Shown: positions 24,401 through 33,891, numbered from the stretch's first letter. The stretch: DNA of 64,000 nt from Andalucia godoyi And28 (GCA_009859145.1 VRVR01000030.1:115097-179096); one strand, 5' to 3'. Notes: a model not told the origin generated them from the letters alone. Translations and numbers: made by a program.

Positions 24401-24830
24401 AGCTGATTTTATCGAGCGGTTTGTGCAGTTCTTGACGAAACGAGGTGTCCAAAGTACGACAATTTCTATTCTGACGCCTTACCGCAGACAGAAAGCGCGG
24501 TTGTCGCGTCAGATTCCGAGTGTTGACTGCTACACTGTGGACGAATTTCAAGGTCGTGAAAATGACATCATAATTGGGAGCTTGGTGTCGAATGCAGTTG
24601 TCCCTTCTGAGTTTTTGTGCTCGCCAACGCGCATCAATGTCTTCAGCAGCCGAGCACGAAAGGCGTTCTACTTGTTCGGAAATCGCTCAACGTTTCTGAA
24701 AAGCGAAGAATGGGCTCGCACGCTGCACCACATGGACGGTTTTCCATTTTCAGAGCTGACCGTTCTGGATGATTTTGGAAACAAAATCCCGTGCTCCTCG
24801 GCAGATGCTCTTCGAATGGTCTGCAGATGA
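21437..24830 (+). CDS. AQR: Aquarius (IBP160) spliceosomal SF1 helicase; probable exons 21437-21610 and 21732-24830
   Basis: GPPGTGKT, AHSNSAVDQL, LEEAAKILEVE, LIGDDLQL, LNRQARA..LCNLYRWRY, TVDEFQGREND; first exon inferred from GTATGC/TAG sites (less certain). Confidence 0.8.
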
Positions 24831-25174
24831 AAAATCTGTGCCCCTCGGGACTGCCATAAACTTTGCCATTTCACGTGAATTCGTGGTCTTGAGAGTATAT
24901 ACATATATCAGTAAACCGAGGTTCATACATACAGATACTCACAAAGACGACAACAAGCGACATGCATGAACGTACGCAAACAACAACAAGCAAACGAAAA
25001 TGAGAATCCAGATTTTTGTTCGTTTAGCCAAACTGTTCAGACACTGGTTTTTGGGACACTCTTTAAAGCAGCAACCTCCTTTGTTTTTTGTGTCTTTTTC
25101 TTTTTTCCACGCGGTGCCAGTGCACGTGACTCCCTGCCACGCTTTGCAAGACGTATGACATTTTCCACCGCAGC

Positions 25175-25340
25175 CTGACGACGGAAATGCATCACAAGCT
25201 TGCAAAATGGCTGCGTGAGGAGTAGGCGTGTTCGGGCCTACCCCCCCTTCCGTCCCATGCGGACATGGCCCGGGTTGCAACAATTAATTACGCATGACTA
25301 CAGATGGGCCAGGCATACTCAGTGTACAACAATGTTGGCG
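25175..25340 (+). mobile_element. Fanzor/TnpB remnant A: bridge-helix-like codons fused to the 3' RNA module
   Basis: 25175-25222 reads LTTEMHHKLAKWLREE (Fanzor2 ..E[LM]H.KLA.[WY]L.. pattern), directly followed by the conserved module 25224-25340. Confidence 0.6.
25224..25340 (+). ncRNA. Candidate omegaRNA scaffold, copy A
   Basis: GGCGTGTT-GGGCCTACCCC..TT, hairpin CCATG-CGGA-CATGG, TTGCAA, 40 nt, AGTGTACAACAATGTTGGCG. Confidence 0.55.
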
Positions 25341-25432
25341 TTAATGAGTGTTGACATCCATCCATCGTTGTGCACGCTTCGGCATTCGTCGTCTGTAAAA
25401 AAAAAAGGGAATTGGCGGGAGTCAAAAACCCG

Positions 25433-25548
25433 CGCCTACATTGTACAGCAACCACCGATAATCATCGCTGACCACCTATAATCAGTGTTGCAACCCAACA
25501 ACATGCATAGCATGATTGGGAAGGGGGTAGGCCCCCAACACGCCCCTC
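25433..25548 (-). ncRNA. Candidate omegaRNA scaffold, copy B
   Basis: Immediately 3' of the RuvC-III codons; GGGGG-CCTA-CCCCC hairpin, CCCAATCATGC-TAT-GCATGTTGTTGGG hairpin, TGCAA, 38 nt, CTGTACAATGTAGGCG. Confidence 0.65.
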
Positions 25549-25560
25549 GGCATGAGAGAC

Positions 25561-25726
25561 GTTCTTAAGAGAGATGTTGCGCGCCGTTCCAATCGCGGTC
25601 GATCGTGCATTTGCATGATGGGCAACAAAGCACACCTTGTTTCCACACAACTTGCGATGCATTTCCCCGCAACGGCCGCACGTTTTAGACACGTACTCCT
25701 CCGTCACAAGTCACAATCGACACCTG
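25561..25726 (-). pseudogene. Fanzor/TnpB remnant B: zinc finger and RuvC-III C-terminus, frameshifted
   Basis: Removing a 7-nt duplication (TTGTGAC)2 and two frameshifts gives QVSIVTEEYVSKTCGRCGEMHRKL.GNKV..CPSCKCTIDRDWNGARNISLKN. Confidence 0.85.
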
Positions 25727-26520
25727 CCGCGCCGTTTTGCATCGGATCCGCCGCCTTTTCCCGCAGCGTCATCTGCGACGTCTCATCGAGTAGCGCATCG
25801 TCATGCACGTCGCGGCAACGAAGCAGGTGGTGATGGCGCGTTCGACGTCTGCGAGGCAGTGCATGCGATGGGAGCCGGCGTGGATGCTGCGGATCGTTCC
25901 TGGCGGCGGTTGAGATGTCATGGGTCTTGCGCCGCGTTGCGGGCGTGACATACATGGCGCGTTGCATGGACAATAAAAATATGAAAATGAAGTGAGCGTC
26001 GCTGTGCGAGAATGCAACGCGGCGGCGTGTTTATAAAGGGATTTTATGATCAAAAATGGGGCGAAACGAATCGGGCATCGTGTGACGGAGTTGTCAAGAT
26101 AACAGACGCATACGCATGGCGCGTGGCAGTGTTTTTTGTTTGCGTGCGCTTCAGATTGCTTCATCGAATCGCAAACAAGTGGCAACGGTCGTTTATGTTT
26201 TTGTTTTTCACTTTCTTGATTTCTCGATTTCTCTGTGGATTACGCGTATAATCCGCACTGACGTTCGTGGTGCTATTCACATTTCATAATTTTTCAAGAT
26301 CGATTGAAACTGCATCGTTTGCTTGGGTATTCCTGTGCAAAACAATAACAAATGCGCCATTTTCTGGGAGACCAACAAAACGAGTTTGCACATTGATCAA
26401 GCCAGTCTGATACTGTAGTGCGTGCGTGTGTCTCTGATTTTTAGAATTTTTCTTTTCTGTTGTTGCGAGTTTCCACAAACCAAAGAACAGAAGGGGAAAA
26501 AGGGAAGGAAGAAAGAAGAC

Positions 26521-29500
26521 ATGGTCACGGAGGACAGTGAACTTCCGCTATTGCTCCTTCAAGATTCCAATCGTTGTGATGCGGCGTTTGAAGACGCCAT
26601 TGGGGTCGTCGTTTCTGCAGAACGAAATGCAAAAGTATGGGATTATCTCTTCGGTCAGATCTTGGCAAGTTGCTGCAAGTGTTCTGTTGCCATGGTGTCT
26701 TGTGTTCTCGATGCATTAGAAAGCCAGGATCTGGATTCTTGTTTGCTTAGCGCGTGTTCGAATTTCATCGTGGATCTTGTCGCGCTTGAATCAGATAATC
26801 CGGACGGGAACTTTGCTGGATTGCTCGAGGTGTTTTTCAAGAGGCTCGTGCGTCTTCCCCCTCGCCTCCTCGTTTCCTTCCTGGAGCTGTTCAAGATTTC
26901 ATCGACAACGTTCGCAGCGAACCGTCCTGCGTACGTAAGGCTGTTGAACTACTGCGTTTCGGTCATGAATTCTGTCTGCGAGGACATGCTTCCATCGTAC
27001 TTTTCTTTTGTTCTCTCTTCAATTTGGTGTTTGAACGATCGAAAAAGACGCACTTCTCTTGCGAAAGCCAGGAGAATACTTGGGAAAATAGAATCGCCCG
27101 ATGCACTCTCTCTCGTTTTGGAAGTTACTCGCTGCATGATTGATTCTGCGGATCGAATCTCTGTGTTTTTGTTCTGTTCGTTTGCGGATCGGCGTGCTTT
27201 GGACGCACCGCTCAGTGCTACTGACTTCTTTATGCTCATGCAACTAATGGAAAGACAAAATTTGCGTTCCAAAGTGGTTGATTTGGTTTCTGCGAGTTTT
27301 CAGAAGTTTCCTAGATCACTGTTTTCGATTGTCTGCCCGAAATACGACGCGCTGTTGACGCAACATTATGAGAACATCTGCCTGTTGTTTGGGCAAATGG
27401 CCAAGCAGGCACATGTGGTCACGAAATGGTTTGCATCGACTCTTATTGCCTCTGTGCCCGCATGTGCAGGTCGCATTCTTGCGCTGCTTATGAACTTGGA
27501 ACTGTACAAGCATGCGGCATTTTGCATCGTGCAGTGCCCAGCGGTGGAGAAGGAGACATTTCAGTCGCAGATGCTTGACAACTTGTATGCTTTCGGCGGC
27601 TCCGATCCTCCGCGAGATCACATCTTCTATTTTGCACAGGTGGCAATCGAGTGTTGTGCACAAAATGCGGCGAGCAGCTATTTGAATACTGTGCTCATTT
27701 ATCTGCGAAAACACATTGTTCATCGGAGCTTGTCGATCCGGATGTTTTGTATATACTTGTCACTGTGGTGCGTTCGGAAGGGATTTGTCGGCTCTATCGC
27801 ATCTGTGAACATGCTCAAGTCGTTCGACAAACAAAGCGCTGCGTTGCTTGCGCTTCCTTTGATCGACTTCTATCGCATTTGTGGTTCCCAGTTTGATGCT
27901 GGAACAAGGGCGCAGTACGATTCGCTGTTCTTGAATCCAGTCCGCACTATGTTTGTCGATCTTGAAAAACGTGCACTCCGCTTCCCCATCCGGCAGTGCT
28001 CACCGGATGCGCTGTTGGCGCTTTCGAGTATCTTGACGTTAGATGTATTGGAGAATCGCATCGATTTGCAACACATCTTGGGTTTCCAGCTTCTCAGGAG
28101 TGCTCCTGCGATTGAAGATCCCGAAATGTGGTCGAAGGACGGCATCAGTTTGGAGAGCTTCGAGTCCTTCATGATTGAGAACTTTGCGTTTGTGTGGTTG
28201 CGACTAAGAGTCGCTTGCCAGTTTGCGTCAAAACTTTCCAATTTCGCAGTCCTTTATGCGGGACTAATTGATGATTTCCAGAATTTACTGAACTATCTTT
28301 CGTCCTTTGACGATGTGTGTTGCAAATGCTTGAAGTCCAAGGATTTCTGCATGACATCTATCCCACAACTTTCGCGTTCCATTATGTCCATTCAATGTGT
28401 AGTCTGCGATGTATTCCAGCCATCGTTGCACATGGATCAGCTTCTCTCGTGGTCGTCGTTCCCCGCGGACGTTCTGCAGGACAGATTGGAACATGTGCTT
28501 GGAATTGCAAGACCCCCGGCGTCAGCACTTCCGAAAATCCATGGAGCGCTGCTCAAGTTGGATGGTGCTTGCTTTGCTCGTCTGCCAGCGCAATTTTGCG
28601 ATTTCCGCGTTTTTGAGTCTGCAGATTATACCAAAGGCCAAATGGAAGGTAAGAGATCCAAAGTCGATTTCGGGCTGGAGACTCAGTTTCTTTCTGAATC
28701 GTTTCGAGACGTGTTATTGATCGAGTTGCAGACGACTGCAATTCCTTTGCTGGACCATGCCTTTTCGGAGCAAGATCCTGTTGCGTTGTTGGTTGTTGCT
28801 CGGTCAGTGGAGGTTTATCGTCGTAATCTTGCTGAAAGAGAAATGAAGTTTTCGTTGGATGTCCCCGCCATTCTGCAAAAGATTCTTGTGAATCTCCGTC
28901 TCCCTGACCGGCAATCGCTCTCAGCGGGGTTTGTTGCGTCAGTCATCCACTTGCTGGAGAAACTATTTCGGTCGACTGAACTGCAGATTCCCATTTTGAA
29001 CATTTGCTTGTTTCTAAGCACTTCACAATTAAGCTTTATCGGAAATCACGATTATGCTCCGGAAATTGACTATCTGAGGCGATCCGTGCATCAAAAGTCG
29101 ATGCCGGGAATGGCGGTGTCCGCGGAGCTTGTTTGGAGAGTGATTTCGTCGTTTGGCGGTCTTTCTCGAGTTGAAGCCTTCCAGTATTTTTTCTATTTTG
29201 CATGTCGCTCTGGAAAGGACAATGGTTTTCAGACATCCTCCGTGTTTGACGACTGCGTCGAGAGATTTCAGCTTGGAATTCTTAAATGGGGTATTGAACA
29301 GAGTGCAGAGTCCAAATTGCTGACTGAGCAGTTGCTTCAGGCTGGATGTTACATCTTGATGACCCGTGTGACCGCCGACTCCAGCACGGTTTCCATCTCC
29401 CGGCTTCCTCTGCACTTTCTCGTCGATTTCGCAGTGTCAGTCATGGAGAGTGCAAAGTTTGTGGATTTTCATCCTTACGCGCTGTTCATGATTGCATCGC

Positions 29501-30141
29501 TGTCGCTAATTCTCCAAAGCACATCGGAGAGTCCTCAAAAGAGACGACGAACGGTTGTGTTGACGTCTCCGACTTCACCAGCGCACTCCTCTTCGCAGCG
29601 TTTGCTCTCGAGAATGAAGATGATCTGGAATGAAGAGTGTTCTGCGAAGTTCTCGTTTGACGATATCCCGTACTATTACGCCGAGATGAAGACAGATTTT
29701 CTTCGACACGGTGGGAATATGTGTTTCAAGAATGCCGAAGACAGGTATGTTTCCGTCGTCCGCTATGTCCGAAATGTTGTGTGTTCAGAAAGTGGAATTT
29801 CGCAGCTTGTGAAACAATCTCTGACAATCTCACAGCGTTGGGCCAACATGACTGCAAGAGAGAGAGCGGTTGAGTTCGATGGTCTGTCACCAGCGGCGCC
29901 GCGGGACGCCAGTGACATCCCTTCTCTGGACGACGACGACGACGACGACAGTGGTGGTGGTGGTGGTGATGATGATGATGATGATGATCCGTCGTCATCG
30001 CTGCGCGACATCGATGATACACGCCGGTTTTATGACAGCGAATCCAGTGACGATGGACCAATTGCAATGCCTCAAGAACGGATGCGATCTCGCATGAACG
30101 CCACGTACCATCTTACAATGTCTTCAGAAGACGAATTATAA
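26521..30141 (+). CDS. Large alpha-solenoid protein, FANCD2-like
   Basis: About 1200 aa helical ORF; DMLPSYFSFVL, TDFFMLMQL, MLDNL..HIFY, VLIYLRKH..IRM segments recall FANCD2; acidic tail. Confidence 0.5.
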   Translation: MVTEDSELPLLLLQDSNRCDAAFEDAIGVVVSAERNAKVWDYLFGQILASCCKCSVAMVSCVLDALESQDLDSCLLSACSNFIVDLVALESDNPDGNFAGLLEVFFKRLVRLPPRLLVSFLELFKISSTTFAANRPAYVRLLNYCVSVMNSVCEDMLPSYFSFVLSSIWCLNDRKRRTSLAKARRILGKIESPDALSLVLEVTRCMIDSADRISVFLFCSFADRRALDAPLSATDFFMLMQLMERQNLRSKVVDLVSASFQKFPRSLFSIVCPKYDALLTQHYENICLLFGQMAKQAHVVTKWFASTLIASVPACAGRILALLMNLELYKHAAFCIVQCPAVEKETFQSQMLDNLYAFGGSDPPRDHIFYFAQVAIECCAQNAASSYLNTVLIYLRKHIVHRSLSIRMFCIYLSLWCVRKGFVGSIASVNMLKSFDKQSAALLALPLIDFYRICGSQFDAGTRAQYDSLFLNPVRTMFVDLEKRALRFPIRQCSPDALLALSSILTLDVLENRIDLQHILGFQLLRSAPAIEDPEMWSKDGISLESFESFMIENFAFVWLRLRVACQFASKLSNFAVLYAGLIDDFQNLLNYLSSFDDVCCKCLKSKDFCMTSIPQLSRSIMSIQCVVCDVFQPSLHMDQLLSWSSFPADVLQDRLEHVLGIARPPASALPKIHGALLKLDGACFARLPAQFCDFRVFESADYTKGQMEGKRSKVDFGLETQFLSESFRDVLLIELQTTAIPLLDHAFSEQDPVALLVVARSVEVYRRNLAEREMKFSLDVPAILQKILVNLRLPDRQSLSAGFVASVIHLLEKLFRSTELQIPILNICLFLSTSQLSFIGNHDYAPEIDYLRRSVHQKSMPGMAVSAELVWRVISSFGGLSRVEAFQYFFYFACRSGKDNGFQTSSVFDDCVERFQLGILKWGIEQSAESKLLTEQLLQAGCYILMTRVTADSSTVSISRLPLHFLVDFAVSVMESAKFVDFHPYALFMIASLSLILQSTSESPQKRRRTVVLTSPTSPAHSSSQRLLSRMKMIWNEECSAKFSFDDIPYYYAEMKTDFLRHGGNMCFKNAEDRYVSVVRYVRNVVCSESGISQLVKQSLTISQRWANMTARERAVEFDGLSPAAPRDASDIPSLDDDDDDDSGGGGGDDDDDDDPSSSLRDIDDTRRFYDSESSDDGPIAMPQERMRSRMNATYHLTMSSEDEL

Positions 30142-30329
30142 AGCATGCGCCATTCTATTACACCATCTTTCCAGGAAAAGTATGCTTTTCATCGTTTTCG
30201 ATTTTGTAATTTACAAGGTCTGCGATGGCACATCGCCAATGTCCGCATGCCGTCCATATTCCCGCAGCTTTCGCTTTCGAAGCTGAAAGGGCTGCGACAT
30301 TCTGCAGTGAACAGTTTTTTATCTCAGAG

Positions 30330-31712
30330 TTACTCGGTGGACGGCTTGAAATCCTTAATCTTGGTGGTGGTTTTGAGGTTCTTTTGGAGCGCATCTGTCC
30401 AGAACGGCTCTTCCTGACGACCGGTTGCACGGCACCATGCGGCATAGAGGACGTATGCCATTTCGACTAGAATGGCATTTCCCTCTTCCACAGAAATGGG
30501 ATCATTGTCTCGAGATTTGTGGTCGACTACGTACGTGAGAGAATGGACAGTTTTCTCGACGCCTCCCGTGGTGGCAACGGTAGCCGGATGGTCGCGCTCG
30601 GGACGCGGCTTCTTCCAAGACGGAAGATCGAGCGACGGCAGGCTGACGGAAGGCGCCGTCAGACTGACCTTTGGAATTTTGATACCTTTGATAGGAATCT
30701 TGGATACCAGCCGCATTCCTGGAATTAGTCCGAGCAAGATGGAGCCGATGGGCTTGAACACTTTCACAAACTTCGGGTGCAGTCGCGACTTTTCCGGTTC
30801 ACGAAGCCAGATGACCAGCTTGAGGGGTGCGTCCGACTCGGAAGCGTCGTACAGATCAATGGCCAGGATTTCGGAAAAGTCGTGTTCGCGATACTTTTTA
30901 GCTTCCGCGCCAAACGTGAAGAATCCAGACTCTGTAATCATGAGTCCTCGTGTTTGCTTGCGACCACGAACGTTGATCTTGATGGTGTTCCAGTAAACAA
31001 GACCGTCCCCTGCCTTTTCCTTGAGCGAAGTCCTGATCGACTCGGGTGCGGTGTAGAACCCAGCTCCTTCCTTTGACACTAAGTCCTTGATCCTCCAGTA
31101 CGAGTACGATGCGGATTCCAGCTGTTCGAGCTTCATCTCGGGATGACTGCGGAGTGCTGCTGAGACGATGTAGCCTCGATGCTCACCTTCGGAAGGATAC
31201 TCGGTCATCGCACCGAGCAAGGCAATCGAGATCTCTACCGTCTTGCCATGAACCGAAAACCCCTGCTTATCTGTGTCGTCGCCGCAGGACGTGATCTTGA
31301 TTTCCTCAATTTCTTCCTTCACAATGGTTGCTAGCTTTGTCGATTCATACCAGAAGATCTGTTCCAAGCCCGAAACAATGCGATTTCCCGTGTACATCCA
31401 GTTTGATTCAGAGCATGCATTCAAAGCATCCTCATTCTCAAGAACAGAGTCGTCGAGCGAGAACGTGATGTTGCAAGCAAATGCAGACAGCTTCTCCTTT
31501 GCATGCGCTTCAAACTCTGAAAAATCAGAGCTGCTGCTTCCTCCACTGCCCGCCTCGCCACGGAGTGCTGCTCGGTGATCTTTGTTCAGCTCACGAACTT
31601 TGGACTGGTATTCCGTTGCATGCGCCTTGGCATTTAAAGGATCTCCCTTTACTTTCTCCTGGTATTCTTTCCGAGCTGCCGTCAGCTGAGCTTGAAACTC
31701 TGCACCAGTCAT
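30330..31712 (-). CDS. Hypothetical protein with helical N-terminus and possible PH-like domain
   Basis: About 460 aa ORF from ATG 31712; RGLMITESGFFTF..HDFSEILAI beta pattern. Confidence 0.65.
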   Translation of the reverse strand: MTGAEFQAQLTAARKEYQEKVKGDPLNAKAHATEYQSKVRELNKDHRAALRGEAGSGGSSSSDFSEFEAHAKEKLSAFACNITFSLDDSVLENEDALNACSESNWMYTGNRIVSGLEQIFWYESTKLATIVKEEIEEIKITSCGDDTDKQGFSVHGKTVEISIALLGAMTEYPSEGEHRGYIVSAALRSHPEMKLEQLESASYSYWRIKDLVSKEGAGFYTAPESIRTSLKEKAGDGLVYWNTIKINVRGRKQTRGLMITESGFFTFGAEAKKYREHDFSEILAIDLYDASESDAPLKLVIWLREPEKSRLHPKFVKVFKPIGSILLGLIPGMRLVSKIPIKGIKIPKVSLTAPSVSLPSLDLPSWKKPRPERDHPATVATTGGVEKTVHSLTYVVDHKSRDNDPISVEEGNAILVEMAYVLYAAWCRATGRQEEPFWTDALQKNLKTTTKIKDFKPSTE

Positions 31713-31809
31713 TGCTCTCCCTTCAAATCTCTCTAAAGTTCGCACTCACTCTCACACACATACATAAACATACTCGCTCACTCTCACACAATCTCTCTCT
31801 TTGACAATC

Positions 31810-31850
31810 GGAGGTTGGAGGTTGGAGGTCGGAGGTCGGAGGTCGGAGAT
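31810..31850. repeat. (GGAGGTY)6 7-bp tandem repeat
   Basis: Direct reading of sequence. Confidence 0.85.
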
Positions 31851-32206
31851 TGACGCGTTCGGTGCGTCTCCGACACTCCCCGTTGACCGCCGCCAGTCTC
31901 TCTGCAATCGAGAGTCGTGGCGGGGGCTCTAGGAAAGTACTGCACATGCCTAGTGTTCCTGGCTTGTCGAACACCCGGAACTCGACGAAAAAAGCTCAGG
32001 TGAGCTCCGCCGGCCGACCGCCAGTATGCACACGCAAAATGCTTACATCCCGCACTACGGGAATGGTGTTTCCTATGATACATGCAGAAGAAGAGAGAGG
32101 GCTTCAGAACCTTCCATGAATCGCAAACCCAGTAATGAATTAATGCAATAAAAATAAAAACAATATGCAAGGCACGTCCGTGTTGGGGTTCGTTCATTCG
32201 CTTCGT

Positions 32207-33208
32207 CTACGAGGACGATTGGGAAGATTCCGTGTCTATTCGAAAAACCGCATGCATAAACACTCTGTGCAGCTTGAGATTCTCTTTGCGATTCCGAACG
32301 AGTACCGTCTTGTACTCGAGCTCCTCTACAACAAATCCATGTGCCCCAACGATCCTGACCAGCTGGTCCTTTGAAAAGTACACTGCGATTGTCCCGTCGT
32401 GCCGCACGTACGCATTTTCCCCAATGCGAGGACACTTCCCTTCGTACTTGAATTGCTTCTCGTCCAAGAACCCGTAGTCCCGGATCACTAATCTAGATGC
32501 TGCATTACTTTTAAGAACCCTTCGGATATGCCGCAAACACACGCTCATCTGGTCTTCTGTCATGGTTGAGATCACAAACACTAGCAACACCCGATCAACC
32601 GATTCTGCAGGCAACAGCCTGTGCTGCTCAGCCGTGAACTCTGGACAAGACGCATCCAAAACCCCAAACTCCAGCTTTCCCTGCGCTCCGGAGCCGAGCC
32701 GATCTGCAACGTCTCTCTGCAGCAGCTCAATGGCTCTTGGGCAGCTATCGGTGCAAATAAACCTCCAAGAAGGATTGTGCTTCATGAGAGGTAACGTAGC
32801 GGATCCGTACCCACACCCACAATCCCACACCGTCTTCGGCTCATGATCTCCCCAAAGCTCAGCACATCGAATATGATCCAAACAGACAAACTCCTGAAAA
32901 AGATACGACTTCAGTGGAAAAAACTGGATTCCCCGCTGTTCATAATGCTTGATCCATGCAGCATGAACAGAGGTCCTAAACATTTCAATATCCGCTGGTG
33001 ACGCTAATGGCGCCTGATTGACGGATCCGGAATGTTGAGAAAGTTCACGATCCCAATCGAAATCATTCGGGTGAAAAAATGGGTTTTCTCGAAAGTGACC
33101 AGTCAATGGCAAATTCCAGGCAGACGACTCTGGACTCTTGTTTTCTTCAGCTTGCTGAGAAGCAGCAACATCCTCCATCTCCGCGGTGCCTTCTTGCACC
33201 CACTGCAT
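32207..33208 (-). CDS. Second METTL6/METTL2-like methyltransferase
   Basis: DCGCGYGS, LLVFVISTM, IRDYG, YVRHDGT..YFS, NRKENLKLHRVF. Confidence 0.82.
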   Translation of the reverse strand: MQWVQEGTAEMEDVAASQQAEENKSPESSAWNLPLTGHFRENPFFHPNDFDWDRELSQHSGSVNQAPLASPADIEMFRTSVHAAWIKHYEQRGIQFFPLKSYLFQEFVCLDHIRCAELWGDHEPKTVWDCGCGYGSATLPLMKHNPSWRFICTDSCPRAIELLQRDVADRLGSGAQGKLEFGVLDASCPEFTAEQHRLLPAESVDRVLLVFVISTMTEDQMSVCLRHIRRVLKSNAASRLVIRDYGFLDEKQFKYEGKCPRIGENAYVRHDGTIAVYFSKDQLVRIVGAHGFVVEELEYKTVLVRNRKENLKLHRVFMHAVFRIDTESSQSSS

Positions 33209-33515
33209 CGTTTCCGTCCGTGGAAGGGTTCAAAAGCAATCTAAGTACGTAAAAGACCATTGAATAATGACACGTCATTGTCATGCACACGGAAGCACCA
33301 TACACAGACATGGTCGATACTGGCCGACACTAGCACGTTTGTTTTCACAGGAATTCGTGCTTACGCACGCTCGGCCAAAATTCAGCCGGTGACACAGGCT
33401 CCGCATTTTCGACACGATTTAACGCAGCATCCGTAGCCATCTATTCTATCATTCGTTGGTTTCACTTTTTTTGGTTTCACTTTTTTAATTCAAATATGGG
33501 GGTGAGTGCGCTGGG

Positions 33516-33891
33516 ATGACGCATTCGCCTACGCCTACGCCGCTCGATACAGGGCCTCCTACGTCCCGCAGACCTCCTAAGAGACCACGTGTCACTACGC
33601 CTGCCGCCTCTTCCTCTCGTATCTCCAGGTGCATCAATCGCTGCAACTGAAGACACGAAAGCGCCTGCTGCTAAGACCGTCAGAATCAAAATGCACCCTT
33701 CTCAGGAACAACGTGTCACGCTGAGAAAGCGGCTCACCGATGGATCGAGATTGGGAACGGAGCGCGGAGCATTTATCTGAAGAACGCCGTGAGGCGTGTT
33801 GGGGGGCCTATCCCCCTTCCCGGCAACGGGATGCAAGACTGAATATGCATGTCTCTTCGTAGATATGCATGTTCAGTGTATAATGTAAGTG
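33516..33891 (+). mobile_element. Fanzor/TnpB remnant C: N-terminus fused to extreme C-terminus plus RNA module (internal deletion derivative)
   Basis: MTHSPTPT..RRPPKRPRV, then KTVRIKMHPSQEQRVTLRK (33673-33729; IS605 OrfB HTH-like), joined to MDRDW/NGARSIYLKN (33740-33785, one extra G), then module. Confidence 0.82.
33791..33891 (+). ncRNA. Candidate omegaRNA scaffold, copy C
   Basis: G-run/CCTA/C-run hairpin, CCCG-GCAA-CGGG tetraloop hairpin, TGCAA, 17-bp hairpin 33838-33877, AGTGTATAATGTAAGTG. Confidence 0.65.

Noticed and set aside
25704-25973. ORF upstream of remnant B as additional Fanzor coding sequence
   Set aside because: GC-rich, low complexity, no diagnostic motif; may belong to the element but cannot be supported
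6071-30141. BRCA2 and FANCD2-like genes as a functional cluster
   Set aside because: 17 kb apart with many unrelated genes between; expected by chance in a compact genome
31810-31850. Short tandem repeats as possible CRISPR-like arrays (also 12088-12148)
   Set aside because: No spacers; simple minisatellites
25320-33880. CAGTG|TA in modules A and C equals the reverse complement of the Tc1 left end TA|CACTG
   Set aside because: Conservation continues past the TA (NAATGTARGYG), copies B and D deviate, and no matching left TIR was found; better explained as RNA scaffold
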